NCBI GenBank assembly: GCA_043822305.1
Contig: JBDRBU010000006.1
Location: 1 to 40,030 of the forward strand
Direction of reading: 5' to 3'
Length of the DNA stretch: 40,030 bases
Origin: Candidatus Firestoneibacteriota bacterium
GTDB taxonomy: Bacteria; Oederibacteriota; D2-FULL-39-29; JBDRBU01
The position numbers and the translations under genes were made by a program. This document shows positions 8,508 to 20,034 of this stretch, in pieces. The notes below the pieces were generated by a model, which was not told the origin of the DNA, made no database searches, and saw only the letters and a program-made list of their open reading frames with translations. Position 1 is the stretch's first letter. Every line of letters begins with the position of its first letter.

Positions 8508-9611
8508 ATGAAAATGATATGTAAAAAAGTAGAATTGTTAGAAAGTGTTCAAAAAATAGAAGGAGCTGTAAGTATAAAAACACCTTTACCGGTATTAAAT
8601 AATTTTTTAATGGAAAGTGTAGATAAAAAATTACAATTAATAGCAACTGACTTAGAAATAACCATAAAATGTTTAACGGAAGATATTAATATTATAAAAG
8701 CAGGTTCAATAACTATCCCGGCTAAAAAATTTATTGATATTATAAGAGAATTACCGGAGGCGGAGATAAATATAGAAGTAAATGACAAAAATTTAATAAC
8801 CATTATATGTAATAAAACTATATATAAAATAATGGGTTTACCAAAATCAGAATTTCCGGCTATTTTAGAGCCTAAAAAAGAAATTACTAATCTAAAAATT
8901 AATCAAGGATTATTAAAAAATATGATCAGGAAAACTGTTTTTTCTGCTTCTACTGATGAAACTAGAAAAACATTAACCGGAGTGTTTTTAATAATTGAAG
9001 ATAAAGAAATAAAGATGGTAGGAACAGATGGGCATAGATTAGCCTTTATAAAAGAAAACATTGGGAAAGAAGCCAAAAATGTTAAGGTAATCATTCCCAC
9101 AAAAATACTAAATGAGTTAACAAGACTTTTAAAAGATGATGATCAAGATATAGATATATCAATATTAGAAAATCAAATTATCTTTAAATTCAATGATTTA
9201 GTTCTAATCTCAAGGTTAATAGAAGGACAGTATCCAAGTTATGAACAAATAATAAATAAAATATTTGATAAAAAGATAAAAGTAGAAAAAGAAGCATTTT
9301 TAAGGGCAGTAAAAAGAGTTTCACTTCTGGCTATGAATGAAGCCACGGCCATAAAATTAAAAGCAGTAGATAATAAACTTGTGATTAATACAGTGGCCGC
9401 TGATATTGGAGAAGCAGAAGAAGAAATACCAGCAGAATATAAAGGAGAAGAAATCCTAATTTCGTTTAATGCAAAATACACAATGGATGTATTAAGAGTT
9501 ATAGATCAAAACGAAATTGAAATAGAATTACTTGATTCTACATCGGCTGGATTAATAAAACCACTGAACGATAAAAATTATTTATACATAATTATGCCCA
9601 TTAGACTTTAG
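8508..9611 (+). CDS. dnaN: DNA polymerase III beta subunit (sliding clamp)
   Basis: 367 aa, MKMICKKVELLESVQKIEGAVSIKTPLPVLNNFLMESVDKKLQLIATDLE. AGGAGG lies 8 nt upstream of the ATG at 8508. The track starts two codons earlier, at 8502. Confidence 0.93.
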   Translation: MKMICKKVELLESVQKIEGAVSIKTPLPVLNNFLMESVDKKLQLIATDLEITIKCLTEDINIIKAGSITIPAKKFIDIIRELPEAEINIEVNDKNLITIICNKTIYKIMGLPKSEFPAILEPKKEITNLKINQGLLKNMIRKTVFSASTDETRKTLTGVFLIIEDKEIKMVGTDGHRLAFIKENIGKEAKNVKVIIPTKILNELTRLLKDDDQDIDISILENQIIFKFNDLVLISRLIEGQYPSYEQIINKIFDKKIKVEKEAFLRAVKRVSLLAMNEATAIKLKAVDNKLVINTVAADIGEAEEEIPAEYKGEEILISFNAKYTMDVLRVIDQNEIEIELLDSTSAGLIKPLNDKNYLYIIMPIRL

Positions 9612-9618
9612 TGAAAAA

Positions 9619-9630
9619 GGGTCAGAGTCA
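9619..9630 (+). repeat. GGGTCAGAGTCA motif, copy 2, 7 nt after the dnaN stop
   Basis: TAG-tgaaaaa-GGGTCAGAGTCA-tttgataatc. Same orientation relative to the upstream gene as copy 1. Confidence 0.45.
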
Positions 9631-9771
9631 TTTGATAATCATTTTAACCAAGCAGGATTTACAAAGATTTTATAAATCCTCACTAAATACCGGTAATAGG
9701 TAACCATTCTAAAGGCAAAAAGCCTGATAAACCAAATAAAAATGGGATGTGTCCCTATTAAAGGCTATTAA

Positions 9772-10855
9772 ATGTATCTTAAATCTTTAGAGATCAAAAA
9801 TTTTAGAAATCTTTCAGAAGTTAAATTGCCTGATTTAAACAAGATAAATGTAATTACAGGAGAAAATGCCCAAGGCAAAACAAATCTTCTTGAAAGTATT
9901 TATTTTCTCGCAACCTTAACCTCTAATAGAATAAGCACTTATCAGGATTTAATTAAATATGGGGAAAATTTTTTTTATTTAAAAGCAGAAGTAATAAAAA
10001 ATAATCTTAAAAAATTTTTAGAAGTTAATTTTCTTTACCCAAATAAATTAAGAATAAAAACGAACGAGAAGTTAGTTGCAAAAAAGAGTGATTATAGCGG
10101 TGAACTTAAAGTAGTTAAATTTTCGCTGGAAGATGTAGATATAATAAAAAGAGAACCGGTTAATCGCCGGAGAAGTTTAAATATACTTATTTCACAGGTA
10201 GATAAAGTATATTTGAACAGTTTACATAAATATTATCATATATTAAGTCAAAAGAATAAATTACTTCAACAGGATATTCATCAGACACAAAGTCAAAGGA
10301 ATTTAAATGTGTGGAATGAGCAGTTAGTAAAGGAAGGAGTAAATTTAATAAAAACAAGAATCGATGTTTTGAATTTTTTAGAAAATCATATGGCAAATAT
10401 TCAAGAGCATATCTCGGAAGGAAAAGAAAAAATAAATTTAATTTACAAAAGTTCTTTCGAAATCAAAAATGATATGGAGAAAAATTTTAGAGAAAAGATT
10501 GAAGAAACGAAAAGAGAAGAAAGTTTAAAAAAGATTTCTTTGATAGGTCCCCACAGGGACGATATAGTTTTCCTTATTAATGGTAAAGATTCGAAATATT
10601 TTGCTTCATCTGGGCAACAAAGATCTATTGTTATAAGTTTAAAAATAGCCGAGCATGAATTTCTTAAAAAAGACTCAAATGAAGAAGCGATTATTTTGCT
10701 TGATGATATATTTTTTGAACTCGACGAAAGAAGAAGAAGGTATGCTTTAGATTCTTTTAATAAAGAAGGGGAGATTTTTATGGCGTTAACCTCAGATAAA
10801 GATTGGACAAAATATTTTAATAATGCAAAAGTCATTAAAATGAAAGAAGGGAATA

Positions 10856-10863
<8 letters not shown>
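9772..10863 (+). CDS. recF: DNA replication and repair protein RecF
   Basis: MYLKSLEIKNFRNLSEVKL..VITGENAQGKTNLLESIYFLA (Walker A) and a C-terminal ABC-signature-like region. Confidence 0.93.
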
Positions 10864-13713
<2,850 letters not shown>

Positions 13714-13719
13714 AAGGGG

Positions 13720-14712
13720 GTGAAAGATTTGTTGACATTATTTCGTATTATTTTTATTGTCGTTTGTGGGGTGGTGGGATTTTTTATAGCAGGTAGTTCT
13801 AATAGCTCTTGTTTAACGGGTATTATAATTGGAGTTGTCGGGAGTTTTGTTTTTGTATTATTAGATATTTTTTCCGGCAAGATATCATTAAAGGATTTAT
13901 TAGCCATCTTAGTCGGATTAACATTTGGTTTGATTATTGCCTCTTTGCTTTCATATGGGATTTCGCATATTCCTTCTTTTCAGTCTCCAGAATATGTTTT
14001 TGTCCCGATGATAATTTATCTTATATGTATATATCTTGGCGTTGTAATGGTTTTAAGGAAAAAAGACGAATTCCTCGGATTTAAAAGTTTAGTAGGAATA
14101 AAAAGTTCTGGAAGCACCTCTATTAAAATTTTAGATACCAGTGTTATAATTGATGGCAGAGTTGCAGAGATATTAGAAATAGGTTTTTTGGATGGCGAGA
14201 TTGTAATCCCAAGATTTGTTTTACAGGAACTTCAGATGATAGCCGATTCTCCTGATGCCATTAAAAGAAACAGGGGAAGACGAGGATTAGATATTCTGAA
14301 TAAGATGCAAAAATTATCCTCTAATGTGAAAGTATATGAAGATGATTTTCCTGAAACTCACAAGGTGGATGAAAAACTCTTAAAACTGGCCAAGAAATTA
14401 AACGCAAAGGTTATAACCAACGATTTTAATTTGAATAAAGTTGCAGAATTAGAAAAAATAAAAGCGTTGAATTTAAATGACCTTTCAAATGCTGTTAAAC
14501 CAATTGTTTTACCTGGCGAGGCGATGAAAGTTAGAATATTGAAAGAAGGGAAAGAATTAACCCAAGGAATTGCTTATTTGGATGATGGAACTATGATCGT
14601 GATCGATGGGGCGAAAAATTTTATAAACAAAGACTTGGAAATTATTGTTACTTCAGCCATTCAAACCTCTGCGGGAAGGATGATCTTTGCAAAAAGAAAA
14701 GAAGATAAATGA
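13720..14712 (+). CDS. YacL-like membrane-anchored PIN/TRAM domain protein
   Basis: N-terminal TM helices, then a PIN domain (ILDTSVIIDGRVAEI..IVIPRFVLQELQ) and a C-terminal TRAM-like domain. Conserved position upstream of ispD, as in Bacillus yacL. Confidence 0.75.
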   Translation: MKDLLTLFRIIFIVVCGVVGFFIAGSSNSSCLTGIIIGVVGSFVFVLLDIFSGKISLKDLLAILVGLTFGLIIASLLSYGISHIPSFQSPEYVFVPMIIYLICIYLGVVMVLRKKDEFLGFKSLVGIKSSGSTSIKILDTSVIIDGRVAEILEIGFLDGEIVIPRFVLQELQMIADSPDAIKRNRGRRGLDILNKMQKLSSNVKVYEDDFPETHKVDEKLLKLAKKLNAKVITNDFNLNKVAELEKIKALNLNDLSNAVKPIVLPGEAMKVRILKEGKELTQGIAYLDDGTMIVIDGAKNFINKDLEIIVTSAIQTSAGRMIFAKRKEDK

Positions 14713-15377
14713 GGATATCGGTTGTCATAGTTGCTGCTGGTTTAAGTAAAAGAATAGGTGGTAAAATAAACAAGCCTTATATTTGTTTAAAAGGCTTCCC
14801 TGTTATTTATTATTCCATTTCTATTTTTATTAAGGATCCACAGATTAAAGAAATAATTCTTGTCATAAGAAAGAAAGATGAAAAAACCTGTAAACAGGTT
14901 TTACAAAAATATAATTTTAAAAAAATAAAAATTACTTTTGGAGGCAAGGAAAGGATAGATTCAGTATGTAATGGCTTAAAGAAAGTTAGTAAAGCTACTG
15001 ATATCGTTTTAATTCACGATGCAGCCAGACCTTTTATTACAAGAAAACTAGTAGATAGAATAATAAAAAATGCAGTTAAGTATAAAGCAGTTATCCCCGT
15101 GATTCCCGTTAAAGATACGGTAAAAGAATCTTTAGATAAAAAATTTGTTCATGCAACATTAGACAGGCATAACCTTTTTTTAGTCCAAACACCACAAGGA
15201 TTTGATTACAGATTAATTATTGAGGCGTATAAAAATGCCTGTAAAGATAAGTTTCATTACACAGATGATGCCATGCTTGTTGAAAAAATAAATTATCCGG
15301 TAAAAATTATTCGTGGTGATGAAAAAAACAAGAAAATAACTTTAGGGTCAGACCTTGAATGTGGAATGCGGTTTTAA
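14709..15377 (+). CDS. ispD: 2-C-methyl-D-erythritol 4-phosphate cytidylyltransferase
   Basis: MRISVVIVAAGLSKRIGGKINKPY..IHDAARPF..VQTPQGF. Overlaps the yacL stop by 4 nt. Confidence 0.85.
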   Translation: MRISVVIVAAGLSKRIGGKINKPYICLKGFPVIYYSISIFIKDPQIKEIILVIRKKDEKTCKQVLQKYNFKKIKITFGGKERIDSVCNGLKKVSKATDIVLIHDAARPFITRKLVDRIIKNAVKYKAVIPVIPVKDTVKESLDKKFVHATLDRHNLFLVQTPQGFDYRLIIEAYKNACKDKFHYTDDAMLVEKINYPVKIIRGDEKNKKITLGSDLECGMRF

Positions 15378-15431
15378 GTTATATGTTAAAATCCTTATGA
15401 AATAATTTATTTAAAACAGGAGGTGATAATT

Positions 15432-15521
15432 ATGGTGTATGAAATAGGAGCAGTTGCATTGGTTTTTATGTTTATTGGGTTTATAGTAGGTTATATAGTC
15501 GGCAACAAGACAAGAAAATAA
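15432..15521 (+). CDS. 29-aa single-TM micro-protein (MVYEIGAVALVFMFIGFIVGYIVGNKTRK)
   Basis: Not in the ORF track (below 60 aa). Strong SD aacaggaggtga lies 7 nt before the ATG. It ends 21 nt before the SPFH gene, which has its own SD. Confidence 0.4.
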   Translation: MVYEIGAVALVFMFIGFIVGYIVGNKTRK

Positions 15522-15542
15522 AGATTGAAACAGGAGGATAAA

Positions 15543-16352
15543 ATGAAAGAATACACAAGTAATGATGTAAAAAAAATTACTTTTATGGGCGTAGCCATAG
15601 TTTTAATAGGAATTGGATTAATTATATTCTTTGGAAGTTGGTTTATTGTTGAAGTGGGAGAAGTGGGAGTAACTTTTAATCAGATGACAGGGGTAACGAA
15701 ATCGAATAGTCAGGGCTTTCATTTAAAAATGCCATTGATTGAATCAGTTACAAAATTTGATGTAAAGACACAAAAAATAGAAGTAAGGGCAGATGGTGCT
15801 TCTAAAGATATTCAAACAGTAGTGCTTGATGTTGTCTTAAATTACCATTTGGAATATGAAAAGGTTAACGAATTATTTACTAAAGTTGGAGATGATTATT
15901 GTGATAAAGTAATTACTCCGGCAATTTCCGAGATGGCTAAACTAGCGCTTTCGCTGTATCCAGTTGAGGAAATAATTTCTAAAAGGGAAGAATTAAAAGA
16001 AAAAATACATAAGAACTTGTTAGAGCGGTTGGCTCAGTATAATATTATTTTAGAAAATACTAATTTAACAGATATTGATTTCACAAAAGAATTTAATGAT
16101 ATAGTCGAGAAAAAACAAATAGAGGAGCAAAAGATTAAGACGGCTGAATATCAAAAAAAGCAAGCAGAACAGTTTAAACAAAAAACCATACTTGAAGCTG
16201 AAGGAGAAGCAAGAAAACAAGAATTAATTAAACAAACTGTTACTGATAAAATCATAGACTTAGAATGGATAAAAAAATGGGATGGTCGATTACCTCAAAC
16301 CATGCTTGGCGATAAAACGATGTTTATGGTGACTCCAGGTAAGGAAAAATAG
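15543..16352 (+). CDS. SPFH/band-7 (prohibitin/HflK-C-like) domain membrane protein
   Basis: N-terminal TM, an SPFH core, and a C-terminal coiled-coil with repeated Q/E/K. The ATG at 15543 is preceded by caggagga. The track ORF begins at 15525. Confidence 0.8.
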   Translation: MKEYTSNDVKKITFMGVAIVLIGIGLIIFFGSWFIVEVGEVGVTFNQMTGVTKSNSQGFHLKMPLIESVTKFDVKTQKIEVRADGASKDIQTVVLDVVLNYHLEYEKVNELFTKVGDDYCDKVITPAISEMAKLALSLYPVEEIISKREELKEKIHKNLLERLAQYNIILENTNLTDIDFTKEFNDIVEKKQIEEQKIKTAEYQKKQAEQFKQKTILEAEGEARKQELIKQTVTDKIIDLEWIKKWDGRLPQTMLGDKTMFMVTPGKEK

Positions 16353-16370
16353 AAGAATATGGGGACAGAC

Positions 16371-16391
16371 ACCATATTAATATTGTAATGA
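16371..16391 (+). repeat. Dispersed short repeat, copy 1 (GGGGACAGACACCATATTAAT), 19 nt after the SPFH stop
   Basis: Exact 20-nt match to 23981-24000. In this copy aatatgg / ccatatt form a 7-bp hairpin around ggacagaca. Confidence 0.6.
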
Positions 16392-16442
16392 TGTATATGA
16401 TAAAGAAAGTTGAATCGAGAGTATGATTTTATGAAACAAATC

Positions 16443-19088
16443 TTATACTAACTGATGTAACTTTTGTATCAGATTCTCGAATTCTTTTTCTTTAAAACAA
16501 AACCTTAAATCTAAAAATTTTTGTCTGAATTTTTTTACTTCTTCGTTTATATTTTTATTCTTTATAATAACATCGTGTAGAAATTGGGCAACACACTTAA
16601 AATCTTTTTCTTTCATTCCAAATCTTGTCATTTCAGATACCCCCATTCTAATTGCACTTGAGGCAGTAAATCCTTCTTCTCCCGGCATAACCTGATAGTT
16701 TACTATAATATTATTTTCTTCTAATCTTTTGGCTATCTCGGGTCCTTTTAAATATCCAACATTTACAATTACCTGATGAGTTTCTGTGAAAGATACCGCT
16801 GAATCACCGGCTACATCTATTCCAAGGTCTTTTAATGCTTTAGCTAATGTCTTAGCATTATCAATAACGTTTTTCTGATATTCATCTTTAAAATAATTCA
16901 TCTCATATGTGGCTAAAAGAAGTCCAAGTAATGTCCCTAAATGGTGATTACTTACACTACCCGGAAAAGTTCTATTCTCTATAAATTCCCACAGATGATA
17001 AAGTTTATCGTGTTTATTTAAATTACCTGCGATCACTCCTCTTTGTGTACCAAAAAATGTTTTATGAGTGGAGCCAGTAACTATATCGGCACCTTCTTTA
17101 AATGGTTCCTGAAAGTATGGACCGATGAGTCCTAAAACATGTGCCATATCATACATAATTATACTTTCGATTTTTTGTGCATCTATAAATGTTCTTATTT
17201 CTTCTAATGGCTCCGGATGCAAGACCATACTTTTCCCAAATATGATTAGTTCTGGCTTATATTCTTCGATAATTGTTTTAGTTTTGGATACATCTATCTT
17301 GTATGGATTATTAGACAAGACAGGGAAATTAATAACAGCAGGTTTATCTGTCTTTGGATTTATTTTTACGAAGTTGTGTAATGCTCCCATGGGCTGAGCA
17401 CTTAAATGCCCACCACGAATAATATGGTTATTTAATACACATTGAATTTTTTGTGGTTCGGATTTTTTATCTCCAATATTTAAATAGTCAATCAAAGCAC
17501 TAAAGGTAGCTGTGTTGGCCATCTGCCCGCTTATAATCCTTGTCTCTATCTGTTTACAACCAAAATATTTTTTCATCTCTTCGATCAGTAATTCTTCCAC
17601 CTCATTTATAAAATTAGTTCCCTGATAATAAAATACTTCAATATCGTAAAAAGACTTTATCTTTTTATGTTCCGCATATCTAAAAGAAGGGTCCATTATA
17701 GAAAGAAGCCTGACTAATGGAGATGGTGTCATCTCTGATGGGATTAAATTTATACATTCTTTTTGTCTCCAGTTTGTGTTTTCTATTGTTTTTGTTAAAA
17801 GTTGTTTTACTTTTTCCTGGTAAGTAGCGGCTAATGGTTTTTTTATCTTAACTCCCTGCCCGTATATAATTGGTCTTGCGTAAGGCGGAGTATCTGTTCT
17901 TAAATGAAATGGCACTATAACTGCCTCTACTTTATTCCCGCGTATATCTACAATAATTTTATCATCTTCCTTTAAGTTGCTGTCTAATAGTGCGAGGCAT
18001 ATGGCCCGCATCCCTTTTTCATCCAATAATTTTGTTTCTAAACCCTCTCCGGTTGTTTTCCAGTAAGGCACCATTGTCCCGCTGGTTATATATCCCACTA
18101 ACTTATCATCTTTAAATACTTTAAAACCGGATCTACCTACGCCTTTTCCTAAAATTGCTACGGGCATAACAATTCTTGGAAGGGTTTTTATTAATGAGTA
18201 ATCTTGATTTATAATTTTTTTTAATGCTTCAAACTGAAATAAAAGAGGTTCTTTCCCCAGAAATTCTCCTTTGACCGGTGAGAAAGAACTTGCAAGTCGT
18301 GACAGAGGGCAGGCAAATATTTGAATCTCTTTTCCTTCAATATCGGTTCCTAACTCATGTCCGTATAAAGGCAATCCAGCTTCTAATCTTAAAGTATCTC
18401 TTGCTCCAAGTCCAACAGGTGTTGCTCCTTTTTGTATTAACAAATCCCAGATATCTAAGGCAGAGTTATTATCCATAAAAAGTTCAAAGCCAAGTGGCTC
18501 ACCCGTATAACCAGTTCTGGCTAATAAAACGTTGTTTCCTTTTATCTTAACAATACTTAATGCATTTTTTACTGGCTCAGGCAACTGCCCTTCTTCTATA
18601 ATACTACTAATTATTGTTTTAGAAAGAGGTCCCTGCAAAGAGATCATAGATGATTTATCCGAGTTGTTTTCAATATCTAAATCTTTAAATTTTTTAGCAA
18701 TTAACTGTAAATGATTCCAGTCTTTTTTTTGATTAGATGCATTTACAACTAATATATATTCATCTTTTACAAAGCGGTACAGGTAAGCATCGTCTACTGC
18801 CCCTCCATTTTTGTTTTGAATCATTGTGTATTGTGCTTGACCTATATCTAAAGCAGAAGCATTATTTAGCAAGGCATACTGCAAAAAAGAAAGAGAATCC
18901 AGCCCTTTAATTATAAACCTGCCCATATGAGAGACATCAAATAAACCTGCTTTTTTTCGGGTAGTTAAATGTTCCTCGATAATTCCCGCAGGATATTGAA
19001 TCGGCATATTCCATCCGCCAAAATCAACCAGGGTGGCGCCTGATGAAACATGTTTATCGTAAAGCACTGTCTTTTGTAATTCGCTCAA
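16443..19088 (-). CDS. Fusion protein: N-terminal glycine-cleavage T-protein (aminomethyltransferase GcvT, ~aa 1-400) plus C-terminal serine hydroxymethyltransferase-like PLP domain (~aa 440-881)
   Basis: N-terminus VLYDKHVSSGATLVDFGGWNMPIQYPAGIIEEHLTTRKKAGLFDVSHMGRF and the barrel motif VGYITSG are GcvT. The C-terminus has SHMT-type motifs NLIPSEM, GGHL, DMAHVLGL, and the PLP-lysine block TGSTHKTFFGTQRG (SHMT consensus TTTHKTLRGPRGG). Confidence 0.8.
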   Translation of the reverse strand: MSELQKTVLYDKHVSSGATLVDFGGWNMPIQYPAGIIEEHLTTRKKAGLFDVSHMGRFIIKGLDSLSFLQYALLNNASALDIGQAQYTMIQNKNGGAVDDAYLYRFVKDEYILVVNASNQKKDWNHLQLIAKKFKDLDIENNSDKSSMISLQGPLSKTIISSIIEEGQLPEPVKNALSIVKIKGNNVLLARTGYTGEPLGFELFMDNNSALDIWDLLIQKGATPVGLGARDTLRLEAGLPLYGHELGTDIEGKEIQIFACPLSRLASSFSPVKGEFLGKEPLLFQFEALKKIINQDYSLIKTLPRIVMPVAILGKGVGRSGFKVFKDDKLVGYITSGTMVPYWKTTGEGLETKLLDEKGMRAICLALLDSNLKEDDKIIVDIRGNKVEAVIVPFHLRTDTPPYARPIIYGQGVKIKKPLAATYQEKVKQLLTKTIENTNWRQKECINLIPSEMTPSPLVRLLSIMDPSFRYAEHKKIKSFYDIEVFYYQGTNFINEVEELLIEEMKKYFGCKQIETRIISGQMANTATFSALIDYLNIGDKKSEPQKIQCVLNNHIIRGGHLSAQPMGALHNFVKINPKTDKPAVINFPVLSNNPYKIDVSKTKTIIEEYKPELIIFGKSMVLHPEPLEEIRTFIDAQKIESIIMYDMAHVLGLIGPYFQEPFKEGADIVTGSTHKTFFGTQRGVIAGNLNKHDKLYHLWEFIENRTFPGSVSNHHLGTLLGLLLATYEMNYFKDEYQKNVIDNAKTLAKALKDLGIDVAGDSAVSFTETHQVIVNVGYLKGPEIAKRLEENNIIVNYQVMPGEEGFTASSAIRMGVSEMTRFGMKEKDFKCVAQFLHDVIIKNKNINEEVKKFRQKFLDLRFCFKEKEFENLIQKLHQLV

Positions 19089-19163
19089 TTTATTTCTCCT
19101 TAAGTCTTAATAATACCAAAATAATAACCAAATTTCTATCTTTTTATTGACAAAATATAGTTT

Positions 19164-19841
19164 ATGTTATATATTTATAATATGCCCTGGGATTTCAAAA
19201 AGGAAATAATTAGAAAATCAATTCATCTGCTCTCTATACTCTTTTTATCTATTTATGTATTTTTCGCTGAAGCAGTTAATCATAAGGTTGCACTTTTAAT
19301 ACTTTCTTTTGTTTTAATAATTTTGCTCGAACTTGAATATGCAAGAATTGAGCTTGGGGCTAAGATTCCATTAATTAAAAAACTATGGGAGTATCGAAGG
19401 GAGAAAGAAAAAGAAAATCTGGGGGGAGAGATTTATTTCTTAATAGGTGCTATTATCTGCCTGGCCATATTTGATAAAAGAATTGCCACAGCGGCAATTT
19501 TAATGACTACTTTTGGAGATATGGCCGCAGCAATCATTGGGACTAAATTTGGGAAAACATGGATTCCTTTTTTAAAAAACAGAGCAGTAGAAGGAGTTAT
19601 TGCAGAATTCACAGTAAATTTAATTATAGGATTTTTAGTTCTAAGAAATTATATAAATGAAAGAATGTGGTGGGCAACTTCATTGATCCCAAATGGTGAA
19701 CCCTTGTGGCTTATAATTATTGTTATGGCCTTAACCGCAACTATTGTCGAGACTGTTGTGCATAAATTAGATGATAATTTACTTGTCCCTGTTTTTGCAG
19801 GATTTAATGGTGAAATAGTTTTTCTTATTATGATGTGGTAG
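19164..19841 (+). CDS. Polytopic membrane protein of the CTP_transf_1 superfamily (CdsA / dolichol kinase / phytol kinase-like)
   Basis: 7-8 TM helices. Motif FGDMAAAIIGTKFGK..KNRAVEGVIAEF resembles the GD..A..iG...G...KT.EG signature. The start may be the ATG at 19182. Confidence 0.45.
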   Translation: MLYIYNMPWDFKKEIIRKSIHLLSILFLSIYVFFAEAVNHKVALLILSFVLIILLELEYARIELGAKIPLIKKLWEYRREKEKENLGGEIYFLIGAIICLAIFDKRIATAAILMTTFGDMAAAIIGTKFGKTWIPFLKNRAVEGVIAEFTVNLIIGFLVLRNYINERMWWATSLIPNGEPLWLIIIVMALTATIVETVVHKLDDNLLVPVFAGFNGEIVFLIMMW

Positions 19842-20034
19842 ATTGTATTTGCTCCTGTAAGTTTACAATGCAATCAAGTTGAAAAGCAATAGTGGCTAAA
19901 ATGCTTGTAAAATAAGGAGATTCAACAATTTTTATGAAAATCTTTAACAAAGTCCTGACTAACATATTACTTCTCTTGAAATGAATATATTCTTTCTGAG
20001 GAATTTTGATAAAAAAGGGGGTTAAGCGGCGAAT

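Noticed and set aside
9652-9678. Hairpin aggattta-N11-taaatcct downstream of dnaN as a terminator
   Set aside because: The stem is AT-rich and there is no downstream U-run. recF very probably continues the dnaA-dnaN transcript.
13809-14084. 91-aa plus-strand ORF in an alternative frame inside the yacL-like gene
   Set aside because: It is fully embedded in a conserved PIN/TRAM gene and has no independent signals.
16353-16442. Hairpin aatatgg-ggacagaca-ccatatt as a classical bidirectional intrinsic terminator between the convergent SPFH and GcvT-SHMT genes
   Set aside because: The stem is AT-rich and no U-tract follows it on either strand. I regard it as a copy of the dispersed repeat that may still affect 3' ends.
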